From Macrostomum lignano (lineage: Eukaryota): a stretch of DNA of 64,000 nt. This document shows, piece by piece, positions 1 through 12,876 of the stretch. The notes beneath the pieces were generated by a model. The model saw only the letters and a program-made list of their open reading frames with translations, ran no database searches and was not told the DNA's origin. The number at the start of each line of letters is the position of its first letter. Position 1 is the stretch's first letter. The stretch covers positions 62,001 through 126,000 of the forward strand of contig NIVC01000709.1 in NCBI GenBank assembly GCA_002269645.1. The letters run 5' to 3'. The position numbers and the translations under genes are program-made.

Positions 1-1020
1 TTATATTTTAAGCGAAAAAGCTTCAGATTTATCACGAAAAATTCCCACCAGTCAATCATAGCTTAGGTTTTTTAACTACTAAAGAAAGCACGATGCATCT
101 ATTAAGGTTTTCATTAAAACTCTAAATTTCGAGTACGTTTAAAGATTTGTTAATTTACGAGCATCTTTGACGTACTTCGTGCGGCATGCATACAAAAAAT
201 CAAATTTTATAAATTCTCTATTTTCCAAGAAAAAATTGCTTTCCAGTTTGAACAGTGAACCATAAAAAATAGATAGATTTGGAATTGGTATATAGGATAT
301 TTCTATTTCTATATTTCTACGACTACAAGTCTAAAATTGGTTAAAATTAAATGATTTCTGATTACTAGGCCTATTGCAGTTATTAGTGCCAAGTTTTTAA
401 AATGTAATTGTAGGTCTAGGACTCTTGGACTAGTCTATTTCTTATGTCTATTAATTTAAGTATAATTCCAGTATTTAATCTGTATTTGTTGTAGGCAGAG
501 GCGGATTTATGAGGGCTGTTAAAAAAATTAGTGTTACTTTTCATTATATCTCTTGTCTTGTTCTGCTGATTCAAATAATGAAGAGCTTGCGTGCCATATT
601 GCGGAAGGAGGGGTATACGCTGGAATTTTCCGGCGTACACTTGAGTTCTGTGGCGTACACTGGCCTATATTTCTTGGCTGTGTACAATGTGGCATACAGT
701 GTGGCGTACACAACTGGCGTACAAATTAGGCCTAATATAGAAAATTTTTTGTGCATTTTTCTGTGTTAAGTTATTTCAAAAACCATTTTTTCTGCTACTA
801 TTTTCTCATTTACTAATCATTTTAATTACTGGAATCGTCATAACAATCCTCATGTTGTTAAATTGTTATCATTTTTTTGTCATTTAAATTTAAATATTTG
901 TTGTTTTTTGGCATACATTTAGCGTTAAAGAAAGTTGGCATACATTTAAAATTTGTTGGCGTACAATTAAAAATTCAATCAAAATATGTCCGGCGTACAC
1001 AGAAAACCTTCTGCAATATG

Positions 1021-1407
1021 GCTTGCGTGCATGGCAGCCATTCATGTAAGCTCAGAATTGCGTGCACAGCTGTCAGCAGCTATATATCTTAATAACAGTA
1101 AGTCATATACTGTTCAAATTAGTATTCAAATTAACAAAAAATAGCAATGAATTGAGCTTACATTTGGCATACATGGTGTACATGTGATAAAACATAAAGC
1201 AATATAGTAACAATAATTTTTAATTACGTTTAGTTAGTAGCAACGTGCAGATTAGGCCTATATTGTGGCTAACTGCCAGCTGCCGTGCATGCAATTTAAA
1301 CACTAGGTGAATGGCTGCCATGCAAGCAAATAAAGCACTAGGGCCTAGGTAGATAGCTGCCATGCGTGCGATTCTAAGCTTATGTAAATGGCTGCCATGT
1401 ATGCAAG
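1021..1407. repeat. Imperfect ~55-bp inverted repeat pair (MITE-like remnant)
   Basis: 1021-1075 (gcttgcgtgcatggcagccattcatgtaagctcagaatt) is approximately the reverse complement of ~1355-1407 (attctaagcttatgtaaatggctgccatgtatgcaag); differences are mostly transitions. Confidence 0.45.
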
Positions 1408-2681
1408 ATCTTTGTTCAAATAATATCATTTTGCATAGATTTATAGTGGCAACTCTCTTCTTTATGTTAACTTTAACATCATTAAAAACAAACAATGGAA
1501 AAAAAGTTATAAATTAAAATATAGCAGGACCTTGACAATAGACTTACAATAAATAAACAAGTTAACAAAAATTTGAAATGGTAGCTGACAAATAGGTAAC
1601 TGGCCACAGTGAATACTGCAAAATGATTACAGTAAATGACTGCAATAGACCTATGAGCCAATGAAAGTTGAGCATGAATCTTGGCTCAGTTGTCCCCCAT
1701 CCCCCAAAGGGTATATATCATACTCCTTTGAGCAACACTTGAATGCATATCTAGGAATTTTGGTGCAGCAAAAGGAGAGAACAAACAGCAATATAGTTGA
1801 AGCCTAGTGTGAAATATTTTGTTGCTTTAAAAGCCATATGCTTTTCCAATTTTTGGGAGAACTTTTCCAAATTTTTTAATTACAACTAGCAATCTAGTGC
1901 CCCCTTTGCTTTAGATTGTGCAATAAACAGAGCAAAAATTACAAATAAATCCATTAAAAATAACATTTTCTTAAGAACCAATTCTTTCTTTAGTTTTATA
2001 AAAATAACCTTATTTGAGTAAACTTGTCATGGACAAAGATGATTGTTAAAAATCTCTTTTTTTAAGTTTTAACAATGATTACAATGAATAAATTAAATTT
2101 AACAAAAATTTAAAAAGCCTTCACAAAGATAATAATAATATGAACTTGTTTTAATAGAATGTATCTCCTAGACTGCAAGTATCTTCCCAAATCCCTAGTA
2201 GCCTAGTAGCAGGCACCCCCCAAGATAGCAAGTATCCCTCAGTAGCAAGCATCCCCCAGATAGAAAGCAACCTATTAAATACCAGTCGTTGGTCATTAGC
2301 TATTAGCCCCAATTATATTGTTTTCTTATTTTATTAAATTTAATTCCAGTCTTTTTTTACAAATGATGTCTTTATTCACACTTTAAGACATGCATTAACC
2401 TGTATTGAGGCAGATTTTAGCCATAAGAATGGGGTTGCCAAAATATACACTAAAGAGGCACCAAGCGCCATATTGAACAGAGGGCAATGAGGACCTTTTT
2501 GATTATGACCTGATTCCTGAGCTTATAGTATGAAGTTCATGAAGCAACTTCTATAATTGCATTTTCTGGCACTCCTATGTCCTTTTCCTGTTTTGGATTT
2601 TTGGCTTCAATAACTTAGCTTTGTCCATGTTCAGATTTTCAGAATATTGATATTTCATATTTGGGATTGCCAGGTGCTAGC

Positions 2682-3182
2682 TAGGGATTGCAATCCCAGG
2701 ATCCTGGTATTGGGCCCAAATCCCGGGATTTCTAGTCCCAGGATTTGAGGTCCCATATCCCAGGACTCATTTTTGTTATTATTGTAATATGAACATAATT
2801 TGGCTCACAACAAGTTTATTATACTGTGCAAATTTCCATTAATTGCCTCACATTACGTGGCGCCTTTTTAAACCTTGCATGATGGATTAAAATGTGAAAT
2901 TTATTCCAATGTAAATTTTGATATTTGATTTGCTTCTTTACTATTAATTAGTACTTAAATATGTCACAAGATTGAATAAGCTGTTTTTCATCTACAAATG
3001 GATAATTAACTCTATAACAATTAAAAATGGAAGCAAAAAAGGTTTAGCACAAACCTTTTCAACCCAGAAGCTTGAAAATCTGTACTTTTCAGATCCTGGG
3101 ATTGAATCCCAGGATTGGCCAAATTCTGGGATTAAATCGCAGGATCCCAGGCTCACAGAAAACTGGGATTTTGCAATCCCTA
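2682..3182. mobile_element. MITE-like element with TAGGGATTGCAA termini
   Basis: Left tagggattgcaatcccagg (2682) and right ctgggattttgcaatcccta (ends 3182) are inverted; internal ATCCCAGGAT/ATCCCGGGAT subrepeats; no clear TSD. Confidence 0.5.
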
Positions 3183-3198
3183 CTAGAGGGGCACCATA

Positions 3199-3322
3199 CA
3201 GTGGTGCAACTAGGGCAGTTGCCCCCCCTTAGGTGGAGACCAGAAAAAAATCAAAGGTAGGACCAAGCAAATTTTTGCAAAAAACAGAGCCACCCCTCCG
3301 CCCACCCTTAAATCTGCCCCTG
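3199..3322 (+). mobile_element. Short non-autonomous element, copy A (degenerate)
   Basis: cagtggtgcaactaggg...gaaaaaaatcaaaggtaggaccaagcaaatttttgcaaaaaacagagccacccctccgccc matches the reverse complement of 4141-4308. Confidence 0.55.
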
Positions 3323-4140
3323 CTGAACCTGACCAGTGTTCTTCGAGTCGAGTGCAGCAATGCGGGTCATTGCCAGTGCAGCAGCAGAGCTAAAAATCCT
3401 GCTCAGCATCAGCAGAAAGAAATCGGCCGGCCGGCTCCCGCATCTGCGGTGAACTGAACTGAAAGTGGATTTGACGTTGAGCCACCTGCATTCCTGGAAA
3501 GAACGTGGCTGTAATTTCTCTATCTAGCCCCCCCCCCCAACCCCACCCCCTGGGGTCCTTCCTGGAAAGAACGTGGGCTGTGTAATTCTCTCTATCGAGC
3601 CCCCACTCCCTTAGTGTGTCGCTTAAATTCGAGGCAATTAAATGCCCAACTGAACCGATCAGCCCAGCGGGGGTTCCTGGTGGAGAGTGGGAGTGGGGTG
3701 GGTGGTTTGGGGCGCAGCGCGCAGTCAGCTTGACATAAAATCATTAAACCACCGCCGACCCCCGGCCCAGCCCAGGCCCCACCTACAAAGAGCGCGCGCC
3801 GCGGCTTCTTCAAAAGATGCCGCCAGCCATTCCCGATTGCAGAGGGTGGGGTGGGGGAGGGCAGAGAGGCCTGAAATACACGACAACGAATCTGCATTTC
3901 ATGAAATGGCGTTCTAGAATTGCCCAGCCCAATCTAGAAGCATCAGCCAACCATTCCTCGGAAAAAATAGAAGCCTACTCGAGACTCGAGCATGTGTTTG
4001 TGCCGGTGGGTAAATTTTTACCCACCCAAGTCGTGAGTTTTCTCTTCCCCCAATCGCGTGACGCGTTGTGAACCAACTGTCTTTACTGGCCGGCACCCCC
4101 CGTTCGTGTAGGGCTGGCTGCGGGTCACACGCACAAATTT

Positions 4141-4308
4141 CAGTAGCGCAACCAGAAATTTTTCAAGGGGGGGGGGGGCGGATTCTGAGGGTAAAGTCCC
4201 GGGAGGGGGGGGGGCGGAGGGTGGCTCTGTTTTTGGCGAAAATTCGCTTGGTCCCCCCTTTGATTTTTTTTCGGTCCCCCGCCCCCCCCCCCCCTGGTTG
4301 CGCCACTG
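4141..4308 (-). mobile_element. Short MITE-like element, copy B
   Basis: 15-bp TIR cagtagcgcaaccag ... ctggttgcgccactg (1 mismatch); internal sequence homologous to 3199-3322; no TSD seen. Confidence 0.6.
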
Positions 4309-4789
4309 CGCACAATCGCACATCAAAAGCGCCGATGTCGGCCAGTACAGTGCAGGCTGCAGGACAGGGTCGCCTCTTACTCTCACTCACCCTACTAAGC
4401 CTCTGCTCTCCTCCCTTCTCTTGCCACTCATCTTTGCTTTCACAGGAACAGACTGCATTCAGCAGGCGAAGTAGGCTGCTCATTTTTTAACGCGTCGCAG
4501 ACTCTCAGTTTGACCCGCCAACTCGGAGTGGTATTTTTTCTTTGAATTTCTCACCTGCCTTTGACTGCTCTCACTCACCTGCGGTGTATTGCTGCCCTGC
4601 CTGTTCACTCGGACAGTTCGCATCGAATTCGTCGCAGTAGTCAGACTCAGGTTGGCTCTCTGATTTTATACTACATGCGTTGTGCTAATTCTCAACCGTT
4701 ACTCAGAGTCAGAACATGTATTTTTTGTAGGTTCAAGGTAGGCGGTAAAAGGGTCACACAATTCCGGAATTCAACACTTTTTTCGAGAT

Positions 4790-5091
4790 ATCCCCTCTCT
4801 CTCCTTCTCTCTCTTCTCTGTCTCCCCTTCTCTCGCCATTCCTTCTCTCTCTCCTCCCTGCTCTAATATCTTTCCTCTCGCCATTCCTTCTCTCCTCTCT
4901 CCCTTCTCTCTCTTTCTCTCCATTCTCTACCCTCCCCTTCTCTCTCTCTCTTTCTCCCTTCTCTCCTCTCCCTTCTCTCCCTCTCTCTCCTCCTCTAATA
5001 TCTCTCCTCTCGCCATTCCTCTCCTCTCCCATCCTTCTCTCCTTTCTCTTTCAATTAAATAATTAACACGCCGTGACCTCTCTTCTCTTTC

Positions 5092-5181
<90 letters not shown>

Positions 5182-5290
5182 CCCTTCTCTAATCTCTCTC
5201 ATTCTCTCCCTTCTCCCTTCTCTCTCTCTCCTCCTTTCCCTTCTCTAATCTCTCTCCTCTCCCTTCTCCCTTTCTCTCCCTTTCCTTCAT
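4790..5290 (+). repeat. CT-rich low-complexity tract containing a pure (CT)n array (~5094-5178)
   Basis: Pyrimidine-rich tract with a recurring ctctcgccattccttctct motif and a perfect (CT)n core. Overlapping ERER/SLSL ORFs are artefacts. Confidence 0.95.
5055..5180 (+). mobile_element. Orphan 3' tail of the Penelope-like element family
   Basis: aacacgccgtgacctctcttctct followed by (CT)n matches the reverse complement of the PLE 3' end at ~59915-59943 (gagaagagaggtcacggcgtgtt). Confidence 0.65.
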
Positions 5291-6985
5291 CTGTTCCCGC
5301 GTCGTGTCTCGTTCTTTGAAATATTTTTATCGCCTGATATCCTTCACTCTCCGCCTCCCTTCTCTCTCATTTGCGCTGCCAGCAGAGTTACAAAGTGGCT
5401 TAAATTGGCATCAACTGCTTCATCAGCGTCAGTTCAGTGAATTTGCATATTCGGCTGCAGCACTTTTCTGACCTCCGTGGCCTCCTCGTGAACTGCTGGG
5501 TGTTGGCAACCAGTGCCAGCGGTTCCCCTTTTCTCTCCCTTCATCTCTTATCTGTACCGGCGCCGCTCACGTGCAGATGCTGCGTTCCGAAATTCCTTCG
5601 CCCCAAATTCACCTTATCGACGGGGGGGGGGGGGTAACTAAACTAACACACCAGGTGCGCCCCCGAAAGCAATTTGGTGTTGCTGCAGTGCAGGCAACTT
5701 GTTCCAGATTCCTTCTGGTCATGTGAAAGGGGGAGCTTCGATTCCTTCTGCATCTGCACACTTTCATTGTCATTGTGCTGCGATCGCTGCTGAATCAGAA
5801 ACAAAATCCGTTATTTTATTACTCTACTCATATTTTGAAAGCTATACGAGCTAACTACTTTCAATTTTTGAAATTTTGAAAACCTTTGATTTAAGAGTGG
5901 CAGTGTTTTAGTAAATCTGGAAACAAAACTCTGGATTACAACTCACTCTTGGATCTATAGTTATAAAGTTATTAACATTTTTATGAAACCTGCTCAAAAT
6001 TCGGGGTCTATTGTTTTAAAAGTCGGAAGTTGTTCCCACACTGTTAAAACTATTTCACCTGCCGCATGATGCGACTTCTGCTATGAAGCAAAGCTGGCAA
6101 AGTTCGCAGTTTTTTTGCTTGTGTCTAGAAGAGAGCATATTTTCTTGCAAATTGGGCGCATAAAAGTTCTGTCGCAGATTTTGCAGAAGCAAAGTTTTTC
6201 CTGAAGACGCAGTTATTGCTTCTTTTAGTGCCTCTCAGTGAGGGAGACTGGGAGTGCCCGGCTTGGGTGGGCGCACACTTACTATTTGGGGATCTGGCGG
6301 TAGCTGCTTGTAAAACAGAAATGGAAAAAACTCAGTGGGAGAGCAAAAGCAAGTGAACGCGGCTTCTTGCTTGGTTGGGCAAAGAAACTGCCCAAACCAA
6401 GGAACTGCGCCAAGGAGATCCAGGCAGAGGATCTGGAGCGGCAGTCTTGGTTGTGCCTATGCTCGTGAGTTATGATATTTAGTCCTAGACTAGACTGTTA
6501 GTGTCACTATGTTTGTAAGTTATGAATAGCATTTTTAATAGAAATTTTCATCACAAGCTGCAGATAAAAGTCTATACAGATTCTAAGAACTACTACAGAT
6601 TCCTGTCCAGATTTCTTACTAAAGACGTCCATGCCATAAGCTCCTCTCCCCCCCCCCCGACTTCGCTGCCATTCGCTGTCCCACTTTTTAGCAAGTCTCT
6701 GGGGTGTTGGGATGGGTGGTCAAGCCTCTTTGTGCAGCAAGTGGCGGGCCAGGAACCTCACCTCTGGCTATTTAGCCAAGATTAATGCGCACCGTCCGAT
6801 CCCAAACCCTCCCGAACTCCCATATTTCCAATTTCAGAAGCCTCCCTATTCTATAACATTGCATTGGCGCTTGCAGTGCAAAAGAAGTAGCAGAAAGTAG
6901 CGCAGACAAGCAGAAAATTTCTGAAGAGGATAAAACTGCGCCACCGAGCCGAGTTTCGGGCCCACACCTGACCTGAGCGCGCGCC

Positions 6986-9900
6986 ATGCGCAGCAAGGCC
7001 TGGCGATTCCTGCTCGGCAGCGGCTGCGGCGGCGGCAACGCCAGCTGCACCGACGATGACCGGAGACCTCTGTCCAGTGAGCTCTGCCTTGAGCTTATTG
7101 CCATAGATCTTTGTTCAATTGTTCTAGATATTGTAGCAAATTTATTGAGGGACTGGGCTCTACCCACCTCTCAGTTCCATATTCCAGATCCTGAGTTTCC
7201 AGCTAACGATCGATTTAAATCCCCAGAAAAATCCCGAATTCCTAGATAGATTCCGAATCCCCAGAAAGATCCCGAATCCCCAAACAGAGCCCGAATCCCC
7301 AAACAGAGCCCGAATCCCCAGACAGATCCTGAATCCCCAGACAGATCCCGAATCCCCAGACAGATCCCGAATCCCTAGACAGATCCCGAATCCCCAAACA
7401 GATCCCGAATCCCCAGACAGATCCCGAATCCCCAAACAGAGCCCGAATCCCCAGACAGATCCCGAATCCGCAAACAGATCCCGAATCCACAAACAGAACT
7501 CGGGATCCTCAGACAGAGCCCGAATCTCCAAACAGATCCCGGATCCTCAAACAAATCCCGAATCCCTAGACAGATCCCGAATCCCTAGACAGATCCCGAA
7601 TCCCCAGACAGATACCGAATCCCCAGACAGATCCCGAATCCCCAGACAGATACCGAATCCCCAGACAGAGCCCGAATCTCCAAACAAATCCCGAATCTCC
7701 AAACAAATCCCGAATCTTCAAACAAATCCCGAATTCCCAGACAGATCCCAAATCCCTAGACAGATCCCGAATTCCGAAACCCCAAATTCAGAATCCCTAT
7801 TTCTAAGATTCAACTTCTAGATAGGGAGGGGGTCCCACTCTCAGATGCGCAAAGATCTGTCCTCAATCGACCTCAATCAACATCTCTATGCACCAACATC
7901 CCGACAGTGCTCAACCAATCAGCTGAGTCCATAGTCGGCGAGGACAACCCGATCTCCACTGCCCTGCTGCTCGCCGCGGAACTTGAGCTGGAGTCTGAGC
8001 TGGCGCCCCAGCAGCAGCAGCATCATCATCATCAACAGCAGCATCATGAGAAGCCGCCACAGCTGCAGAAGTCAGCGCTAAAACAGGCAAATGATGTGAG
8101 CAGCAGGTTATCTAATGTTAGCCGTGTTCACCGGGGTGCCAGGTGGCTGGGCGGGCCAAGTTCCCCAGTCCGAATTGCAGGCCAGTTCAGTCTCAGCACA
8201 GAGAATCGCCTGTTCCAATTATGGAAATACGCACCTGCGAGAAAGAGAGAAAGGATAGACGGTCCAGGGCCTTTTGCGCACCTGGCAGTGAAGGTGGGCT
8301 GTGGCAGATGGAATGCGATTAGGCAGAGCCTCGCTGTTCGGTTGCGACCAGATGTTGCCGGCAAACTGAAATGTGCCTCTTCCCCCAGGATCTCGGCTGT
8401 TATCCCCTGCTAACTGCGGGGGTTGGAGGAGGCCTAGCGGGCGTTGCAGCATAATTCCAACCCGGGGCGTTCGGCGGGCGGCAGCAACTGCCCTGAAGGT
8501 TATTGACTGAGAGATTCCGGCAGCCTGTGTTTTTATGATTGCCAGTTGCAATTCGTGACTTCGCTTCTGGCGTGAACAATATTTATGAGCATTTTATGCT
8601 TCTAGGGAATATAGAATTTCTTGGGTTTGGACGTCTGCGGAACTCTGACCGTGATTCTGGCTTGATCAGTGACTGGTCCGTGTCAGTGCCCTTTTATCTG
8701 CTGGTCAGTGACTCTGATCTGCTGGTCAGTGACTCTGATCTGCTGGTCAGTGACTCTGATCTGCTGGTCAGTGACTCTGTGATCTGCTGGTCAGTGACTC
8801 TGATCTTCTGGTCAGTGAATCTCTGATCTGCTGGTCAGTGACTCTGATCTTCTGGTCAGTGAATCTCTGATCTGCTGGTCTGTGACTCTGATCTGCTGGT
8901 CAGTGACTCTGATCTGCTGGTCAGTGACTCTCTGATCTTCTGGTCAGTGACTCTCTGATCTGCTGGTCTGTGACTCTGATCTGCTGGTCAGTGACTCTGA
9001 TCTGCTGGTCAGTGACTCTCTGATCTTCTGGTCAGTGACTCTCTGATCTGCCGGTCAGTAACTCTGATCTGGTGGTCAGTGACTCTGATCTGCTGGTCAG
9101 TGACTCTCTGATCTGCCGGTCAGTAACTCTGATCTGCTGGTCAGTGACTCTGATCTGCTGGTCAGTGACTCTGATCTGCTGGTCAGTGACTCTCTGATCT
9201 GCCGGTCAGTAACTCTGATCTGCTGGTCAGTGACTGATTGGCTGGTCAGTGACTGATTGGCTGGTCAGTGACTGATTGGCTGGTCAGTGACTGATTGGCT
9301 GGTCAGTGACTGATTGGCTGGTCAGTGACTGATTGGCTGGTCAGTGACTGATTGGCTGGCCAGTGACTGATTGGCTGGCCAGTGACTGATTGGCTGGCCA
9401 GTGACTGATTGGCTGGTCAGTGACTGATTGGCTGGTCAGTGAGTGATTGGCTGGCCAGTGACTGATTGGCTGGCCAGTGACTGATTGGCTGGTCAGTAAT
9501 TGCTACAATTACCTCTCAAACATTTACCTCCCAGCAGTTGCTGTCCCGGCCAGAGCAGCAGACGACGACAACGGCGCAGCAGCCCGCGAGGGAGTCAGTG
9601 CTCAGCGCCGCTGAACAGCTGAGCGTTGGGCAGTGCCAGAGCGGCCATTCCGGCCTCGGTCGATGGCACCGTCGGCGAACTTACCGGCACAGAGCATGCG
9701 GCGTCCCGACTGCCGCTTCTGTTGCAGCCCCCGCCTCCGATGCCGCCACAGGGACCGCTGAATGGTCGGTGACACTGTACGACTTCGATGGCCGCGGCTG
9801 CATCACTAAGCAGGTTGGCTGATAGCTGCGTCTGCTGTTTCGTTTGACGCTTGTACTTTTATTACAGTGTCGGTAGCTTATGTTTGTTTTCTGTAGTTTA

Positions 9901-11897
9901 TGGTTGGTTTCTGTAGTTTATGGTTGGTTTCTGTAGTTTATGGTAGGTTTCTGTAGTTTATAGTTGGTTTCTGTAGTTTATGGTAGGTTTCTGTAGTTTA
10001 TGGTAGGTTTCTGTAGTTTATGGTAGGTTTCTGTAGTTTATGATTGGTTTCTGTAGTTTATGGTAGGTTTCTGTAGTTTATGGTAGGTTTCTGTAGTTTA
10101 TGGTTGATTTCTGTAGTTTATGGTTGGATTCTGTAGTTTATGGTGGGTTTCTGTAGTTTATTGTAGGTTTCTGTAGTTTATGGATGGTTTCTGTAGTTTA
10201 TGGTGGATTTTTGCAGTTTATGGTAGGTTTCTGTAGTTTATGGTAGGTTTCTGTAGTTTATAGTAGGTCTATGTAGTTTATTGTAGGTTTCTGTAGTTAT
10301 GGTAGGTTTCTGTAGTTTATAGTAGGTCTCTGTAGTTTATTGTAGGTTTCTGTAGTTTATAGTAGGTTTCTGTAGTTTATGGTTGTTTTCTCTGTAGTTT
10401 ATGGTTTGTTTCTGTAGTTTATGGTTGTTTTCTGTAGTTTATGGTTGGATTCTGTAGTTTATGGTGGGTTTCTGTAGTTTATGGTTGGTTTCTCTAGTTT
10501 ATGGTTGGTTTCTGTAGTTTATGGTAGGTTTCTGTAGTTTATGGTAGGTTTCTGTAGTTTATGGTAGGTTTCTGTAGTTTATGATGGGTTTCTGTAGTTT
10601 ATGGTGGGTTTCTGTAGTTTATGGTAGGTTTCTGTAGTTTATGGTAGGTTTCTGTAGTTTATAGTAGGTTTCTGTAGTTTATGATTGGTTTCTGTAGTTT
10701 ATGGTAGGTTTCTGTAGTTTATGGTAGGTTTCTGTAGTTTATGGTAGGTTTCTGTAGTTTATGGTAGGTTTCTGTAGTTTATGGTTGTTTTCTGTAGTTT
10801 ATGATTGGTTTCTATAGTTTATGGTAGGTTTCTGTAGTTCATGGCTGGCTTCTGTCTCTGGCTGGTCGTGGGCTGAAAGTTCCATTTAAAGGTGTTGAGT
10901 TTTAAACTCGAACAATACGCCATCGCGCCCGCAGGACCTGGCCGCTCTGACGCGGTCTCTCTCAGAGGTCCTCCAGCGAGGAATCTGCGGCGCCAGTGGT
11001 GACTCTGTCGAGACCGGCTGCGGCAGCGGCGGCGGCCGAGTCCCGGCAAGCCTCAGCCTCCGACTGACATTCGTCCCGGCGCCTGACGCCGCAGTGCAGC
11101 AGGAGAACCAGCGGCAGCGGCCCAAGCAGCGGGTCATCAGTGTGCCGTTGTCCGCCTCGGCCGGGCCGCTGCAGAAGCGCCGGCGCCACCGCAGCCACAG
11201 CCGCCGGCGCCAACAGCCTCAGCACCCGCAGCAGAAGACGCGCCACCGCACGCAGAGGGCCACCTCCGCCAGCTTTGTGGAGACCTCCGCGGCCGCCGAC
11301 GCCAGAGACGATCGACAGCGACGTAGGCAGCAACGACGCCGGCGTCGGGTACGCGACGGCGACGCGGACAACAAAGACGCCGTAGACTTGGCGTCAACCA
11401 TCGCTGAACCGCCGGCCCGGCATTCGCCAACAGACCGCGCCGGTAGCGACGGTGGCGGTCGGGGAGCGCGCAGGCAGCAGCGGCGCTTGCGGCGGCGGCA
11501 GCTGCGGCACTGGCCAGCGTCGGCCGACCCGTCGGCGACTGCATCGGAACTTGTCGACGCTCCGACGTCACTAATGCTGCCAGCGTCGGCGCCTCTCCGA
11601 CATCTGCCGTCGGCCTCGGCGGCGGCGGCGGCTGATGCCGGTTACCATTGCGTTGCACTGGACGACGCCACCGCCGCCGTAACCAGCGCCGCTGAACACG
11701 CCGGCCGTCGGGGGCATCAGCAGCAGCCGCACCATCATCGCGTTGTCGAGCGTCATCGATGGCGCCGCCTGGACGCCATGCAGCTCGTGGCCGAGTGGCT
11801 GCAGCGAGAGCCGCTGATGCAGCTGCAGCCGCTGCCCAGCCTGGTGCTGCACGAGCACCGGCATCACCACCACTACCACTACCACTTCTACGACTGA
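6986..11897 (+). CDS. nkd: Naked cuticle homolog (Wnt/Dishevelled antagonist), 4 exons, ~505 aa
   Basis: Exons 6986-7076, 7908-8095, 9538 (or 9535)-9813 and 10935-11897, all GT-AG and phase-compatible (1,0,0). Spliced EWSVTLYDFDGRGCITKQ|DLAALTRSLSEVL...LSLRLTFVP matches the Nkd EF-hand/EFX domain. C-terminus HEHRHHHHYHYHFYD matches the Nkd poly-His tail. Exons 1-2 are less certain than exons 3-4. Confidence 0.88.
7229..7775. repeat. 19-bp minisatellite in nkd intron 1
   Basis: Tandem unit cagatcccgaatccccaga with small variants, roughly 28 copies. Confidence 0.95.
8699..9235. repeat. 21/23-bp minisatellite in nkd intron 2
   Basis: Unit ctggtcagtgactctgatctg, with variants carrying an extra tc. 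Confidence 0.95.
9236..9497. repeat. 19-bp minisatellite in nkd intron 2, related to the preceding array
   Basis: Unit ctggtcagtgactgattgg shares the ctggtcagtgact core with the 21-bp array; about 13-14 copies. Confidence 0.95.
9887..10842. repeat. 20-bp minisatellite in nkd intron 3
   Basis: Unit ttctgtagtttatggtaggt, roughly 47 copies. Confidence 0.97.
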
Positions 11898-12711
11898 CTC
11901 GGGTGCTTCTAGGTTCTAGGTTCAGAAGGTTCTTTTGAAAAAATAAGGCTCATAAGTTCAATGCTTGATATCTGCTCCTTACTACTAATTTTGACTCACA
12001 AGTAGTGGGCTCTGAAATTGAGCAAAAATCGGCAAAATTGTAAATATTATTTCGTTAACGCTTTTCGTACCGCATGTACTCTTTGACCCCCCGATCCGAG
12101 AACTGTCCTCCAGTCCCCACCCGCTTTGCTCCTACGTCTTTCTCATCCCAGCATCGACCTCAGTTGTAAAATAAATGCGCAACTATTGCTACTGTCAGTA
12201 ATATACACTCACTGATTATTAATTGCGCAATGCATCTCGCGGGGATCTCATTAAGCCATGCTTTGCAGCGTCCTGGTGCCCGGCCGAACTCCAAGGACAA
12301 CTGGAAGGACCGGACGCTTCGTTGCCTGGAAACATTTTTGAAGGCCTAAGACACGATATCCGAAATTCGGTGATGTCTTTTCCGGGTAAACGAAGTGTCG
12401 GTTCCGCTTACTTTCAGTAGTTCTTGTGTAAATTTTCTACGTAGGCAAAAACTAGCAAATATTTAACTGGCAATCATTGTTGCGTTTAAAGCAATAATAT
12501 ACAATATTTACTGATATACTAATACAGCTTTGAGTTCATCCTTGTTGGACCGAACGATAAATAATTGTTGTTTAGACTGGTCGTCTTTCTTAATTTGCTT
12601 GTGGAACACGCCGACTGTTATAGGGAATATTTTGCAGCCTTTGTTGCTGGGGCAGAATTCAAAGTGCAGGGCTGCCATTGGCTGAGGAACGAACCCTGAC
12701 CCGCATCCTGT

Positions 12712-12862
12712 CACTCACTCTGTCACTCAGTCTGTTACTCAGTCTGTTACCCTGTCTGTTACCCTGTCACTCCCGTCAATCACCCTGCCACTCACCCTGT
12801 CACTCAGCCCGTCACTTACCCTGTCACTCACCTTGAGCCACACCCTGTCACGCACCCCGTCG
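12712..12862. repeat. Degenerate ~12-bp tandem repeat upstream of ferroportin
   Basis: Recurring ccctgtcactca-like units. Confidence 0.7.
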
Positions 12863-12876
12863 CCCACCCCCTTGCC

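Noticed and set aside
4754-5202. ERER/SLSL ORFs here and at 59538-60039 and 61389-61929
   Set aside because: Translations of AG/CT microsatellites.
7229-10842. Minisatellite arrays as CRISPR-like arrays
   Set aside because: Head-to-tail units with no unique spacers, no cas genes, and a eukaryotic intronic context.
12500-12876. Iron-responsive element upstream of ferroportin
   Set aside because: No CAGUGN-loop hairpin with a C bulge was found.
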